This document shows positions 14,066-29,794 of a DNA stretch of 64,000 bases, piece after piece; position 1 is the stretch's first letter, and each line of letters starts with the position of its first letter. The stretch lies in assembly GCF_009914755.1 (NCBI RefSeq), contig NC_060928.1, one strand, 5' to 3'. The notes under the pieces were generated by a model. It made no database searches. It saw only the letters and a program-made list of their open reading frames with translations, and had not been told where the DNA came from. The translations under genes were made by a program, and so were the position numbers. Origin of the DNA: the human T2T-CHM13v2.0 reference genome, Homo sapiens.

Positions 14066-14182
14066 TAGAGCTGGGGTTTCACCATGTTGGCCAGGCTGGT
14101 CTCAAACTCCTGACCTCAGGTGATCCACCCACCTTGGCCTCCCAAAATGTGGGACTGTAGGCATGAGCCACTACACCCAGCT
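13855..14182 (-). mobile_element. AluSx/Sz with (TTTA)n tail and expanded T30 central linker
   Basis: Antisense Alu with 'gacctcaggtgatcc'. 30-T run at 14033-14062. Confidence 0.95.
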
Positions 14183-15939
14183 GGTGATAGCACTGTAAAT
14201 AACTCGTTAAGAAACCATGAGAATCTTGCCGAAGGTTCTGAAGTTTTATACTAAGGAAACATATTTATAAAATTCCAAGGAATTCACTGGAATTACTTAA
14301 CTGGGCTTCCTTTGTTAAGCTTAGAATTAGAGGTTATGGATTTGTTCAGGTCAGGTTCCAAAAGCAGTTTAAAAGCTATCACTTTCAGTTAGTTCTTTTC
14401 CAATTCACATACTTAATGTATTTTTAAAAAATCAAACTCTTCTTTAAATGTTCTGTCAGTGTCAATAATAGTCTTATAAAGAAAGTCCCAAGAATTCATT
14501 GCATCATAGGTAATCCTACAGGTATAAACTCTGGTTACCTACACAATAGCCAACATTTTAAAAATACACTTAAATTGGATTTCAACAACTCATAATTAGT
14601 AGATCAAAGATATTTGATAATTATTAGAATACAATGTACATTCAGATTCTATATTTATGACTGAAATCCCCTATAGGCCCCTCATATATAACCTTAGTAT
14701 AATTGAAAGTCTTAAATGGACTGGTTTTTGAATATAACTTGTACATAAATAAGCAGAGTTTAATAACTAATTTTTAATAAAATAATGCTCATATTTATGT
14801 GTTGCTTGAAGAATGTCAAGGCATTCCAATTCATTACACATAGTAACACTCCTCAAATCCTCTTTCCTTTATTTCTCTCATGGCATCAAATTGTTCTAAG
14901 TTCTCTTCTTTACTAAGTCTTCTAATCTCTCTCAAACACCCCACGAAGCTCTAACAGCTCTGCCTTCTTTCAGATTTTTCTTTACTCAAATCTCTCCCTA
15001 TGTCTTCTCTAGCTGAATATGTAATGTCTCCCTTCTTCTCTGCCCTGTCTCTGTCGGGGTAGATAAAAGCCTGCTTAGATGGGAACCTGGGGAAGGGAAC
15101 ACAGCAGGGAAAGACAAAGGACAAAGGAAAGAATCACTCCCATAATAAATTGTGTACTGACCTGGTGCATTTTAAACAGTTGAAAAACAAGAACTTTTTT
15201 TTAATCGATAGAATTAATACCAAGGAAGTTAATCCTCAATAAATATGATGTGTTTTATTTTTCATAAGGTGTCTATACCCATCAATATAAAATGTATTTG
15301 ATTCAAAATAGAGATTTTGGTTTTTAAATTTTATTTTAATGTAAAGAATCACTGCAGAGTGTCTGCTCTGGTTTTGCTTTGAAAGTTCATGAATCGAACC
15401 TTAATGAATGTCAAAATGAGAAGCATCTCTTTGAAGCTCCATGAATCTTTTAATGTCCCTGTTACACTATTTTTTGGTGATAATCAGTATCTATAACAAG
15501 AAACTCATCTCAATGCCTTTGCCTGGGGCCAGGAACACCTCACCTTCTCCACAAGATATTGTTACACTGAGTTGGTTAAAAGGTGATTTTAGACATAGCA
15601 GTTACATGTTTTTCTCCCTTTTTTGTCAATTTGAGTTTAATTTAAATTCATATATTTTTCCATAAGTAAGAAATTTTTAATAATCATCTCAGAATTAAAG
15701 AAAAAGTAGCAAGCAAAGTCTGAAACATGACAATATGTATTGATAGCTTTGATTTTTGAAGTCAGCAATCTCTAGCTGCAGAAGTATGGAACAAAATGAC
15801 CCATTTTTACTAAGGGGAACTTGGAAACGTGTTCCAAATTTCAAAGAACAGATTGGGAAGGTTAAAATATCATGTAGTAGTGAAAAAGGATGAGTGCTGT
15901 AGTCAAAAACACATTACTTTGGGTTGCAATTTACATACA

Positions 15940-16190
15940 ATAGTAACTATTTTTATTGAGCCATTACTAAGTGATACATACTGCACTAAGTTCTTCATGT
16001 GTATTAACTCATTCCACACTTGAATCTTATGAATGTACAATGTTATTACTATTCCAAATATTAAATTAGAGACTGAGGTTTGAAGAAATATAGATAAGTT
16101 ACCCATAAATATGAAATAAATAAATGAAAAAGAAAGGATTCAAACACAATCTGTAATTGCAAAGTTCAGGAAATAATGCCTGGAATATAC
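15940..16190 (-). mobile_element. MIR (MIRb-like)
   Basis: 'tttattgagccattact..gcactaagt..attaactcatt..gactgaggtttgaagaaatatagataagttaccc..aggattcaaac'. Confidence 0.7.
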
Positions 16191-17336
16191 TGCCTCTATT
16201 TTTGTGAATTAAATATTAGCTGCAAGAAATAGAATGTTCACTAGTTCACTTAAGGAGAATAGCAACTGAGAAAAGAATATTGAGAAGCTCACATAATCTA
16301 CAGGAGGGAGAGTTATGCTTAGGGGCTACTCATCAAGAACACACTCACCACACTGTTGGGGGTTCCAGTGAGGACTCACTGCAACCTCAGTTGGGCAAAA
16401 AAAACTGAGGGTCACACCACCACTTCTCTACTGCCACTGCCTTTCCAAAGTCAGCAAATGCTGTATCTTCTGCTTTGTCACATTGTTCTATTCTGATTAA
16501 ATCCACACTCAGCTGACTGAAAGATCCTAGCTACAAGGGAGGTGAGAAAAGAAAGTATAGAGAGAAGACTTCCCAAGCCGTGAGAGCACTTATTTCTCAG
16601 TGTCCTGGAGTCCTTCATCTGTATTTTGTACTCAGAGTGCCTGCTTTGCAAATAGCTAACCATTCATTTCAGTGGTTTGAACCGAATGCCTCTCTTAGAA
16701 TTATGGTAGCACATAGACAGAGCTACTAAAACAATCTGGCTAAGGAGCATGATGAGTCAGATCTCTTGGTTCCTGCTCCAGGATTCTTCCATCATGTAGT
16801 ACTAAATTGTTCTACTTCCATAAAGATAATTTACTCTACCTTCCTATTCATAGGCAGAACTCCCCTCATTTGGTTTTTAGCAGAATACTTTCAATTATAT
16901 TATTACAAAAATGGGTGCACTGTCTTATTCATGGGCATGGAAAGTGATGACATTAGAATCTCATTTGATACACCTTTTAAAAAGATCTTTAAAATTATAG
17001 ACTATTTAAGCTAATGGCTAAACATCATTTGCCACAATGTTTCTGTTTTCAAAAGTTGAAAAAAAAAAAAGCTGATTATGAAATGCCTCTGTGCCTCCGG
17101 TACTGAACTAAGCAGGGAATCTGTGGATTTCCACTGTAGTTTGTACTTACAGCATCAAAGCACTTACTATTCATGCCCATTGCGTTGACCTGGTGAGCAG
17201 TTTCTAATGTGCACTAGACTGAGAATTTTTTATGACAGCAACTGAAATGTTTGCAGGCAGAGTCCCATCAAGTCAGAGTCATTATTAACTCATAGTAAGT
17301 ACTTAGTAAATTAGTATTAATTGTGGGTGAAAATAA

Positions 17337-17745
<409 letters not shown>

Positions 17746-17949
17746 CCAGCTGTCCCTTTATTGGCAGTAATTTTACAGCTCACAGGGCACCAAAATATAA
17801 GAGATTTGATCTCAAAGAGAAAAGCATATTTGCAGATGTTCTCTGTCTTTAATAAAATTAACCAAGTTAAACAAAAACTCCCCCTCCATCCCAATCCTAC
17901 AAGACAGAAGCAAGAAGACTTGTTTGGAAGCAGTCATAGTGATTCGATG

Positions 17950-19420
17950 CTATATAAAGGTGAATCAAACCAGGCTAATTACAGACAAGATGATGAGAAG
18001 TTTTGGTTTCTGAATATATTTTGAATTGAGAGCTAATGGCATGCCCTGATGCGTTGACAAAAATTACGAGAAAAAGAGAAGTCATACATGACTTGACTTG
18101 AAGGTTTATGTTCTAAGTAGCTGGAGAAAAGAGGTCAATCTTCATTGAACTGCAGAAAACTCTAGATGAAATAAGATTTGAGGACAATATGGAGAGTTCA
18201 GTGTTGAATATGTTAAGTTTTCAATCCCTGTTACGATGTTATACTAAGTAGAAATATCTAGGAGACTATTGCATAAGTAGTTGAGAGTTTGTAAGAGAGA
18301 TCTGGGATGAAGATATGAATTACAGAGCCTACAGTCCATATTGATCACTATAAGAATGGATGATATCTATACAGGATTGAATGTAGTACAGAAAAGGTGA
18401 GGATAAAGGAATGATTTCTAGGGTGCTTCAACATTAAGCGTTTGTGGAAAAGAGAAGAAACATTCAAAGGTATGATCTGTCAGTTAGGAGGAAACTAAGC
18501 AAATGTGTCATCCAGGAATACAAGCAAAGAAAAAGTTTCAAAGTTCTAGGAGAAGGAAATGATTGATTATGTCAAATGCTACATATAGATCATGTGATAT
18601 GAGGTTGGCATATTGATCAATTGACTTTACAGAGTTATTTGACAATCTTCAAAACAGTAGTTTAATTATAGTGAGAGGTCAAATACTTTCTGCAGTGAAT
18701 TTAAGAGAGAGTGGTAGGAAAGGAAATAGAATCAATAAAAATAGATAACTCTTTTGAAAAGTTTTCACTGGAAGATGGAGGTGAAATGGGTCCAAATAAT
18801 TCTGATTTTGCTTTTTTTAAACAAGATGAAATAAGACAGCAAGCGTGCATACTAATGGAGTGATCCAGAAGAGTGGGCATCATTGATGACATAAAAGAGA
18901 GTAGATAGAATTATGACAGTAAGGGGATTGCTTGATGTACAAGAGGAGGGGCTGACACTACATAAGCTCAGAAATTGCTCAGCCGCATTATGAGGAGGGA
19001 AGACACTGTACATTCCTGTAGATACTAATGATACTAGTTAATGTAGAAGTAGTAGAAGTAGAAAGCAAACTAAAAATGAAAATCAGAGAAGAGGTTTGGA
19101 ATTTTGAGGACAGTGACATATCTGACAGTGATCAAGGAAAGAGGGCCAAAAAAGAAAATGAAGCCAAGAAACAGATTCAAATTATAAGGCAGCATGGGGG
19201 CCCACTTGAGCTCATAGTTGTGAATTTAGTAAAACTAGTCATCATGGTTATACATTGTACTTTAGCCCTGTTAAGCTGCATGAGAATGGTCAGTTAGGAA
19301 GCAGATAAATGGATTTTGCTGCCACATGATTTTTCCCAAGTGGTATAATAAAGTAAGAGAGAGGCATGGGTTTGGACAGTTTGGGCAAAAGAGTAACTAT
19401 AACAGACAATGAAATTAACT
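17950..19420 (-). mobile_element. L2 (LINE2) fragment(s)
   Basis: Purine-rich antisense L2 phrases 'gagttcagtgttgaatatgttaagttt', 'gagagatctgggatgaagatatgaat', 'tgtcaaatgct' and 'ataactcttttgaaaagtttt'. Confidence 0.7.
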
Positions 19421-20603
19421 GCCTAAATAGGGGAATTAGAGCATTAATGAGTTTGATACATACTGCTACTTAACAGTAGTACCTATTTAGGTTTAGACTT
19501 TGGTGTGATGGATTGCTTAGAAATTTTGTTGCCAAATCAAAGGAAAACAGAAGACAAACTTGCTACAGCTTTCAGATATTAAGTTGTTCCAAAAACAAGC
19601 AAGCGTGCAACACACACACATTCACACACTCACACACTTAGTGTGTAGCAGCTAGTTGTTTTCACTCTGTCTCAAGATTTTTATTTCAAAAATTGAAATT
19701 GCAGACTGTCTTATTCAATAAGAATATCATACTTTTTTTTAAATGACAAAAGCTGATCAGACACACTCTTAACATCATGGTTAGATGGACTGTTTGAATG
19801 GTAGAATGTGACTGCCAACAAAGGAAGTATACAAATAAACAAATATGTTCTTGCAAAAAACAAAAAGTCCAGAGAATCGAATGATCAGTGCCTCAGTCGT
19901 TACTTCCTTTTCACTTATCATTTCAAGCTGCGTTATTTTGATGGCTTTTCAGCTGTGAGACTACTTGGTACTGATGCAGAAATAATGAAATACTGAAAAC
20001 CCCAAACAACAGAAACGTCTATAACTGGTAATGGGCACCCTCCTTCAGTTTATTAACTCCAGCTGTGCTGTTTGACTGTTTTTTGTGAAGAGGTGCCATA
20101 TGAGTTGAATATCGAATGGAAGATAGAGGATCTAATGTCACAAGCAACTGGATCACCCAAACTCTGTATTACAAGACAGGCAGTTTGAGGAAATTGCCCT
20201 ACTTTGAAACACAGTTCCATGCTCATCAAGATAAAATGTGACCAATATAAATTCCTTTTGGTGGAGGTGTGTCACCTTCAGTGTTCACAATGACACTCGA
20301 CAGTGAGTGTACTGATTATATGCCCAGACAGAACTCTGAACAATATTACAGAATAGTCACGGTATCAAGGTGTGACAGAGTATTTTTCTAATCTCTGGAT
20401 CTCCCAATAGAATAAAATTTGGAAAAAAAAAATCATTTAACAGTAAGAGTGAGAATGTGTGCTACCTTACTCCTGACTTTTCTCTTTAAAGTGACTCTTA
20501 TATTTTGATGCCCTGGCCCATTTCAATTACTTTAAAAATAAAGGAATGACCTAGAAAACTGGAAAGATCATTGCTTCCAAATTCACAATAAAAAAGTTGA
20601 GCA

Positions 20604-20903
20604 GGCCAGACGTGGTGGCTCACGCCTGTTATCCCAGCACTTTGGGAGGCCGAGGCGAGCGGATCATGAGATCAAGAGATTGAGACCGTCCTGGCCAACA
20701 TGGTGAAACACTGTCTCTACTAAAAATACAAAAATTAGCTGGGCGTGGTGGCACACACCTGTAGTCCCAGCAACATGGGAGGCTGAGGCAGGAAAATCAC
20801 TTGAACCCAGGAGGCAGATGTTGCAGTGAGCCGAGAGATCAGGCCACTGCACTCCAGCCTTGTGACAGAGTGAGACTCCGTCTCAAAAAAAAAAAAAAAA
20901 AAA
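20604..20903 (+). mobile_element. AluSc, full length
   Basis: 'ggatcatgagatcaagagattgag', 'cagccttgtgacag' and poly(A). Degenerate TSD aaaagttgagca / aaaagttcaaca. Confidence 0.96.
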
Positions 20904-22047
20904 GTTCAACAAATTTACAAATCCTCTTGATCTTTCAGAGAGCTGAAGTTGTAGGACAACCAGTTGGTCCCAAATCTAAGGAGAGTCAGGTGCCTGCATG
21001 GAGAAGCAAGAAGATGGAGAGCTGGGTTACCTGGGCAAAATGCAGCCAAATACTAGTAAGAAGAGTTCAGTGAGGGTGACTGATAATTATTGGAGGCCAG
21101 GCAAGTATGCACTGTTGAAAGAGGGAGAGTCCTGAGAAAACCTCCCTGATGATACAGAACTGGGGAGAGGCACCAACAGCCACCCAAGCAGGGATTCAGA
21201 TTTCTACCGGGACACTCCTTCCCTTAATATGAGGTAGAAAGGGCTACAAACACTGTCATTCGCAAAGCACTAGTAAAAATTCATTACCAGCTAGGAGAAG
21301 AGAGCAATAAAACAAAACAAAACATCCTTTACTCTTGGGACAGGGTCAGAACTAAATTAAACAGGGAAGGTGGGAGCATTGAAACCACAACTCTGACACC
21401 CAGTGCCTTAATGCGCACCTAAGACTGAGACTTGGCATAACAGAAACTCCATCCCCTCCCTCTATCCTTCACACGCAATCTCCTGTCAAGCTGTAAAGCA
21501 TTGAGGCTGGTATGATACAACATCTCCTTAAAGTTTAGCTCAAAGAGAAGATCAAAAGCTCAGGATGGATCAGAAACAGAACACATGCACACACCCACAC
21601 ACTCATACAAAATTAAAATTAAAATTAAAAAAAATTTCAGGACCCATCTCCCTGAAAAAAAAAATTAAAGAAAGTTCTTCAAGTAAAAAGATGATAATAC
21701 CAGACAGATATAATAGATTTTACATCTATATAAATAAATGAAGAGCAATGGTAGTTGAAACAAATGATGGTTTTAAAAAAGATTATTTTTGTATTGGTTT
21801 GGAGTGGTATTTAACAAAGTGCTATAGATTTAGTGGCTTACAATGTCATCCCTGTATTATCTCACAGTCATAAGGCTCAGAAGTCTGGGAATGGCAGCTC
21901 TGCGCAGGATTTTACAGTCCAGCATTAAGATCTCATCTGAGGCTGAAGATCTTCTTGTAGATGCACCAATTATTTCAATTATTGCCATAATTCAGTTTAT
22001 TGAATTTGGAGAACTTAAGTCCCTGTTTTCTGGCTGGCTCTTGGCAG

Positions 22048-22652
22048 CGTAAACCACAAAAATGATCAAATTTCTTTGTCAATTGTGTTTCTAACTGTAT
22101 CCAAACTGGACATTTTATTATTTACAGATAATTGTTATTTTGTTTTAATTCTCTTCAAAACATGGTTTATATTCAAGCTGTGGAACTTTAACAAGTGCTC
22201 TCAAATGCAGGTTACTCACAACAACAACAAGAACAACAACAAAACATACAGAACTCATGAAAAGCTAAAATGTTTATAAATATCAAGCAAAGCAGAGGTT
22301 AATAAAATGGACTAAACTAACAGAAAACCAAAACAAATTTTACTTTTGCTTAAAACATGGCTAATCTTTATCTTATTTTTCAGAGTCAATAAAACTTGTC
22401 TTAAGCTAGCTACAGCGTTTAACAACTAAATAAAGTGTACTCCTGTAAACAGAATTTAAAGTGTTTGTTTCTCTCTGACTAGTTCCTCTAGAATTTAAAA
22501 ACTAGTTGTAAGTATTCGTAAATTACAACAATATAGTTGTTTGCATCAGTTCAATAAGAATCTATTTTCTTCTGTAACAGAACTCAATTGGAAAAACTGG
22601 TCATTTTACCAAGGCTTTAACTGAAATCCTTTTATAACTATAGGGTCTGGAA
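22048..22652 (+). mobile_element. MER4-group ERV1 internal fragment (MER41-int/MER4-int-like)
   Basis: 'caataagaatctattttct..aattggaaaaactggtcattttaccaaggcttt' is typical of MER4-group internal sequence. Abuts the LTR. Confidence 0.7.
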
Positions 22653-23530
<878 letters not shown>

Positions 23531-24195
23531 GGCAGAGTACTCCTCTCAGCTCTCAGAAGTCAGTTTCAGATCCCCATCACATGGTCCCTCCACAGGTAGT
23601 TCACAACAAAGATGTTTCTCCCAGGCCAGTAGGAGGAATTTTTCAAAATGTTACCCTCTTTCAATGACCTAGCCTGACTAAGTTACATCCACCCAGAATA
23701 ATCTTCCTTTTGATTAACTCAAAGCCAAAGGATTAGAGACCTTAGTTACATTTGCAATATTTTTTCTGCCATATACCATAGTATAATTAGTGATAGCTCT
23801 TCATATTCATAGATCTCTACCAACTCAAAGGATATGGATTGTACAGAGTGTATACATTAGGAGGCTGGATTCTTGGAGGTAATGCTAGAGCTTTGTCCAT
23901 CATAATTTTTATTCTATTCTAATTGCTGTAAAAAGTAACTGATTATCTAAAGCAAAAATGGTAGCAATATATATTTTATGGCATATGAAAAATAAAATAA
24001 TTGATAATAGTAGCACAAAGTATGAAAGAGAGGAATTGGGCATTTCATGAGTTTCTTATATATTAAATAGTATAATATTAGTTGAATGTAAATATGAACA
24101 TTTTAAGACCTAGGGAACCATTATAAAAATATTAAAGAGGTATAAATAATAGGACAATAGGGGAAATTAAAGGGAATAATTAAAAACATTCAAGT

Positions 24196-24600
<405 letters not shown>

Positions 24601-26389
24601 CTATCAATAATTACATTACACACAAATTCTCTAAACACACTAGTTCAAAGGCTGCAATTGTAAAGCTGGATAAAAATGCAAGAGTTGAGTGCATGTTCTC
24701 TATAAGCAGTACACATTAAATATAAAGGCAAAGAGATAAAAAGTTAAAGGAGCGTGAAAGATATATCATGTAAAACTAACAAAAATAAAGCAGAAGCAGA
24801 CAAAAAATATCAGCTAAAGTAGACTTCAGAAGAAAGATTATTACTGTGGATTAAAAAGAGATATTACAGGATGAGAAAATAACTCCTTTTCCAAGACACA
24901 GCATCCTAAAGGTGTTTGAGTACCTAAGAATATTTTCTTTCAAAATATAGATATAAAAAATTATAGAACTCAAAAAAGAAATGAGAAAATATAAAAGTTT
25001 AGCTAAAATCATTAACGCTCCTCTTTCAGTAATTGACAAAACAAGTAGGTAGTAAATCAGTGAATGTACAGGTGACCTGAACCATGCTACTAGCCAACTG
25101 GATCTTGTTGACATTTATAGTCCCTTCTACCCTCAAACAGTAGAATACACAGTCTTCTCAAAAGCACATAGAACATTAACAAAGACAGGCAATATACTTC
25201 ACCATAAAACAAACACTAACAAATTTAAAGTAATAGATATGCAAAGAATATTTTTACACTTTTAACAGAATCTAACTAGAAATCAATAACAAAAAGCTCT
25301 GGAAAATCTTCAAATATTTGAAAAATTTTTAAAAAGTAAAATAACCAATGAATCAAAGGACAACTCTGAAAATAATTAAAAATATTTTGAATCCAATGGA
25401 AATAAGACATATCAAAATTTTGATGTTTTAGTGAGATGTAGCTAAAACAGTGTTTACAACGAAATCTACAGCGATAAATATTTATTTTAAAGAAAAACAG
25501 ATAATTCAGTCATGTAGGGGTCCACCCTGAAAAACAAAAGAAGGGAAAATTATGACAAAAGCAAACAAAGTAAAGCAAATAATACAAATAATAGCAAAAA
25601 TCAGTGGTACCGAGAATAGAAAAACAATTAAGAAAACAGATGAAATCAAAAGCTGGTTCTCTGGGGAAAAAAATCAATAAAGTTTTTAAAGTATTATTCA
25701 ATCTAATCAAAGTGAATGTGAGAGAGAGAGGAATAAACACAAATTACCAATATCAGAAACAAGAAACATTACTACAGACCACACAAATATTAACGGGTAA
25801 TAAGGAAATACTACAAACAATTCTATCCCCACCACTTGGAAGAAATAGGCCACTACTTTGAAATTCACAAACTGCCAACACTAAATCAAGAAAGAAAAAA
25901 TTCTTTACGTATTGAGGAAATTGAATTTGTATTTGAAAGCTTCCAACATGGAACACTCTGATTCCAAATGTTTTCACTGCCAAACATTTAAAGAAAAAAA
26001 AATATATACATTCTACACAAATAATCTACATAATGGAACAGGAGAAAACACTGCCCAACTCATTTTATGATGCTAGCATTTATCTAACAAATGGAAGGGT
26101 GGTTCAATAATTAAAAATTAATCATTGAACCGTAGTAACAGACTATAGAAAGAAACCCATTTAATTATCTCAATAATTGTTGTAAAAACATCAGAGAAAA
26201 TTCAATATTCATTCATGGTAACAATTCTCAGCAGAAGAGTTATTCATAACTTGATGAAGAGTATCTATTAAAAGCTCATAACTGACATTAGTTGTAGTAA
26301 TGAATAACTGAATTTTTTCCCCTAAGATGAGTAACATTTCAAGGAAGTCTTCTCTCCGCTCCTGAACATGATATGGAGAATCCTAGTGT

Positions 26390-27288
26390 TTTACTAACCT
26401 CCTTTTTGCACTGGTAAGGGAGGGAATCCAGTCCTAAAGTTACAGGGATGGGGGGACACAGGAAACAGAGACTGGACAGATGAGATTGACTGCAGTTTAT
26501 CAGTGACACAAATTCACAGCCTGTGGGGCAGAGGACCCTGCATTCTTTGCTTCACAGGGATTTACTTGGCAACTGAATGAATAAACAGGGACATTAGAGG
26601 CAGGGTTTGTAGTAATAAGAGAACATAGTGAACTCTAATTTTTATGGAAGGATGTGTTTTATTGATTTAAACTAACCATTATTCAAGGATAAGCAGGCAT
26701 TATGCCTTGCCTCTGTGATAAAGAAAGTTGATTGGCTAGGGCAGGGGTCCCCAAACCTCAGGCCAGGGACAAGTAGCTGTTAGGAACCAGGCTGCATATC
26801 AAGAGGCGAGCTGCAGGGGAGCATCACTGCCTGAGCTTTGCCTCTTGTCAGATCAGCGGTGGTATTAGACTCTTATAGGATCCTGGATACTATTGTGAAC
26901 TGTGCACGTGAGGGATCTAGGTTGCCTGTTCCTTATGAAAATCTAATGCCTGATGATCTGTCACTGTCTCCCGTCACCTCCAGATAAAAGCATCTAGTTG
27001 CAGAAAAACAAGCTCAGGACTCCCACTGATTCTACATTATGATAAGTTGCATAATTATTTTGTTACATATTACAATGTAATAATAATAGAAATAAATTGT
27101 GCAATAAATGTAATCCACTCAAATCATCCTGAAACCTGCTCACCAACCCTCGTCCATGGAAAAAACGTCTTCCATGAAACTTGGCCCTTGTGCTAAAAAT
27201 GTCAGGGACAATTGGATTAGGAGACCTCATCCATTGGAGGAGAGGCAGAGGGTTAGGTCAATTGAGGCCCTCCTGATTTTACTAGATA
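26390..27288 (-). mobile_element. ERVL-class LTR fragment (MER74/76/88-like), split by MER1A
   Basis: 'acagatgagattgactgcagtttatcagtgacaca..cacagcctg'. The sequence 'attggctagg' continues as 'gattaggagacc' after MER1A. Family assignment tentative. Confidence 0.4.
26742..27214 (+). mobile_element. MER1A (hAT-Charlie DNA transposon)
   Basis: TIR cagggg tccccaa. 'ctgtgcacgtgagggatctaggttgc..ccttatgaaaatctaatgcctgatgatctgtcactgtctcc'. Degenerate 8-bp TSD ggctaggg / gattagga. Confidence 0.9.
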
Positions 27289-27680
27289 TTATCAATTGAA
27301 TTGCATCTCCTCAAAAGATATGTTGAAGTCTCAATCCCAGTATCTCAGAATGTGAACTTATTTAGAAATAGATCATTGTAGATGCAATTGGTTAAGATTA
27401 GGTCATACTGGAGTAGGGTAGGCCTTTAATCAAATATGACTGCTATCCCTATGAGAAGAGGAGAAAAGATACGAGATAGAGACACATAGATATGATGGCC
27501 ATTTGACAACAGAGACAGAAATTGGAGGGCTAGATCTATAAGCCAACGGATGCCAGAGATTGTTGACAAACACCAGAAAATAAAAGACGCAACAAAGGAT
27601 TTTTCCCCTACAAACATCGGAGGGACCATTGCTGTGCCAACATCTTGCTTTCAGAATTCAAGTCCCCAGAACTGTGAGCT
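27289..27680 (+). mobile_element. MLT1B/C LTR (3' end truncated)
   Basis: 'aaaagatatgttgaagtc..tcagaatgtgaacttatttagaaatag..aggtcatactggagtagggt..ccagaactgtgag'. Confidence 0.85.
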
Positions 27681-27681
27681 C

Positions 27682-28055
27682 AAACCAGTTATCAATGTTA
27701 ACATCACCAATAATAAAATATTGACATCTAGTGCCCCCTGATAAGATACACTAGGAAAGACATGGCCTCCCTTCTGTGGACTTCTTTCTCCAAATCCACA
27801 ACTTGAATCTAGTAATGAAAAGACATTACAGAAATACAAATTCAAGAATATTCTACAAAATATCTGATGAGTGCACTTTGAAGGCATTGAGATCCTGAAA
27901 GAGAAGAAGATTGAAGAAGTGTTATAGATCAGAGGAGACTAAAGACAAGTGATAAGTTAATACAATATGGGACCTTGGATTGGCTCCTGGAACAGAAATA
28001 GGATGTACTTGAAGAGACAGGTGAAATACAATTGAAGTGTATAGTTTAGCAAACA
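27682..28055 (+). mobile_element. L1MC-type 3' fragment
   Basis: 'atcaatgttaacatcaccaataat', 'attctacaaaatatctga' and 'gaggagactaaagaca..ggattggctcctggaacagaaa'. Confidence 0.75.
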
Positions 28056-29122
28056 ATCAATCAATCAATCAAAATAAGACAGCTTAAAGTTCCATACCAG
28101 CCAGAACATGATATTCAAAGAAAAGATAAACTAAAAATATCCAGTAATAGTGATAAAACCATTTTCATTTGAAACATTCTGAGTAGTAATCAACAGTAAG
28201 ATTTTATGTTGTTTCATCTCTGCTCATTTTAACTTGAGATGTGCATAGTTATTACATGGCATTATTTTCCCATTTATTATATTTTTATTTTAAAAGCTAA
28301 TCGTGTAGCCAAAAACTAGTTTTGGGGCCACTGGGCAAGTGGAAGTAGATTACCTATAAAACCTTGTATTCTGTGGCTTTCTTTCTCTTTTACCATTATC
28401 TCTTTGATAATTTTAAATTTTTTTATTGTTCACAGCTTAATTTTATTTCAGTAATTTTTCTAAAATTCCCAGATCTTCAGGGATCTAAGATGAGATATGA
28501 GACAGAATTACTTACAAGCAGTCAACTCCAAATATGTCCAGGATTTAAACAGAGAAATTCAACAGTCATTTGGTAAGAACATAGACTCAGCTCACACCAG
28601 TCAGTGATAAAATCCTCTCTAAATACCACTTTGAATGGGTTTGAGAATTAGTCCAACTATGGAGCCACTCTGTGTTCTGTGGATGGGAAATATTTCCTTT
28701 AAACCTTCCAAAAACATTCCCTGAACAGGAGTCCTGAGGTTTCCTAAGTCACTCGGATGCCACTGGAATTTCTCTGAAATAACTGATATATTTGATCACC
28801 ACAGTCATTCGAGAAGAAGTATGGGAGATCTTCCAAGGGCTTTCAAATCATGTCAACATAATTCTTTTCTGTGCTAGCCTTCTGCCTAGCTCTCTGAGAC
28901 CCATATTTAATAGAGAAAAGCTGCCTTGGGTCTGCAACTGATATCCTTAACAATATTTATAAATACAGCTACTTTTTTTTTCTTTACAAATGTCACTTAT
29001 CAGGGATATTTTCTGAAAGTGAGAGGTGAGAAGGTGGGCCTATTTTAGGTCCTTTTGCTATGAAGGCTTACTATTTCTGTTTTCCTTTGTTTCACACTAA
29101 AATATGTTTTACTTTGCATGTA

Positions 29123-29445
29123 CAGATTCTCTATATCCATAGTTCCCCAACTGTGGATTCAACCAACTGGAGATTGAAAATATTTGAAATTTAAAATAAA
29201 AATAAAAATAATACAACAATGAAAAATAATATGAATACTTAAAAAGTAAAGTATAACAACTATTTATATGGCGTTTACATTGTATTAGGCATTGTAAGTA
29301 ACCTAGAGATGGTTTAAAGTACATGGGAAGATTTGCATAGGTTATATGCAAATATTACACCATTTTATATAAGAATTTGAGCATCCTGAGATTTTACTAT
29401 CCTGGTAGGTGCTAGAACCAATGCCCCATGAATACTGAGGCATTT
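29123..29445 (+). mobile_element. MER2 (TcMar-Tigger non-autonomous)
   Basis: 'ctgtggattcaaccaac..attgaaaatattt', 'tttacattgtattaggcattgtaagtaacctagagatg' and 'gcataggttatatgcaaata..ttgagcatcc..gaaccaatgccccatgaatactgagg'. Strand approximate. Confidence 0.88.
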
Positions 29446-29794
29446 GGAATGTTTTGACTCCATTTTCAATATATCCAACTTTTCACATAAGTGTAAATTC
29501 TTCCACAAAGATTTTTCTGTCTCCCTTCTTTGGGCAGTTGTATCTCTCTGACAGCTTTTTTTTTTTTTAAATTCTTTGCCTTATTTGTATTCATGTACAA
29601 ATTAGTTTTCTCTATTAAATTATGAATGTCTTAGTTTTAACTGTCCATATTCTACCCAATGTAGCAACATATATTATGCCTTGAATATTGCAACAGGTCA
29701 GATATTATTTACTGAAAATAACAAAATCAATGTACCAGATATATTTCTTCTTAATACAAATCATTCAATACAGAGGGTGTAGGTTCTGTTTGTT

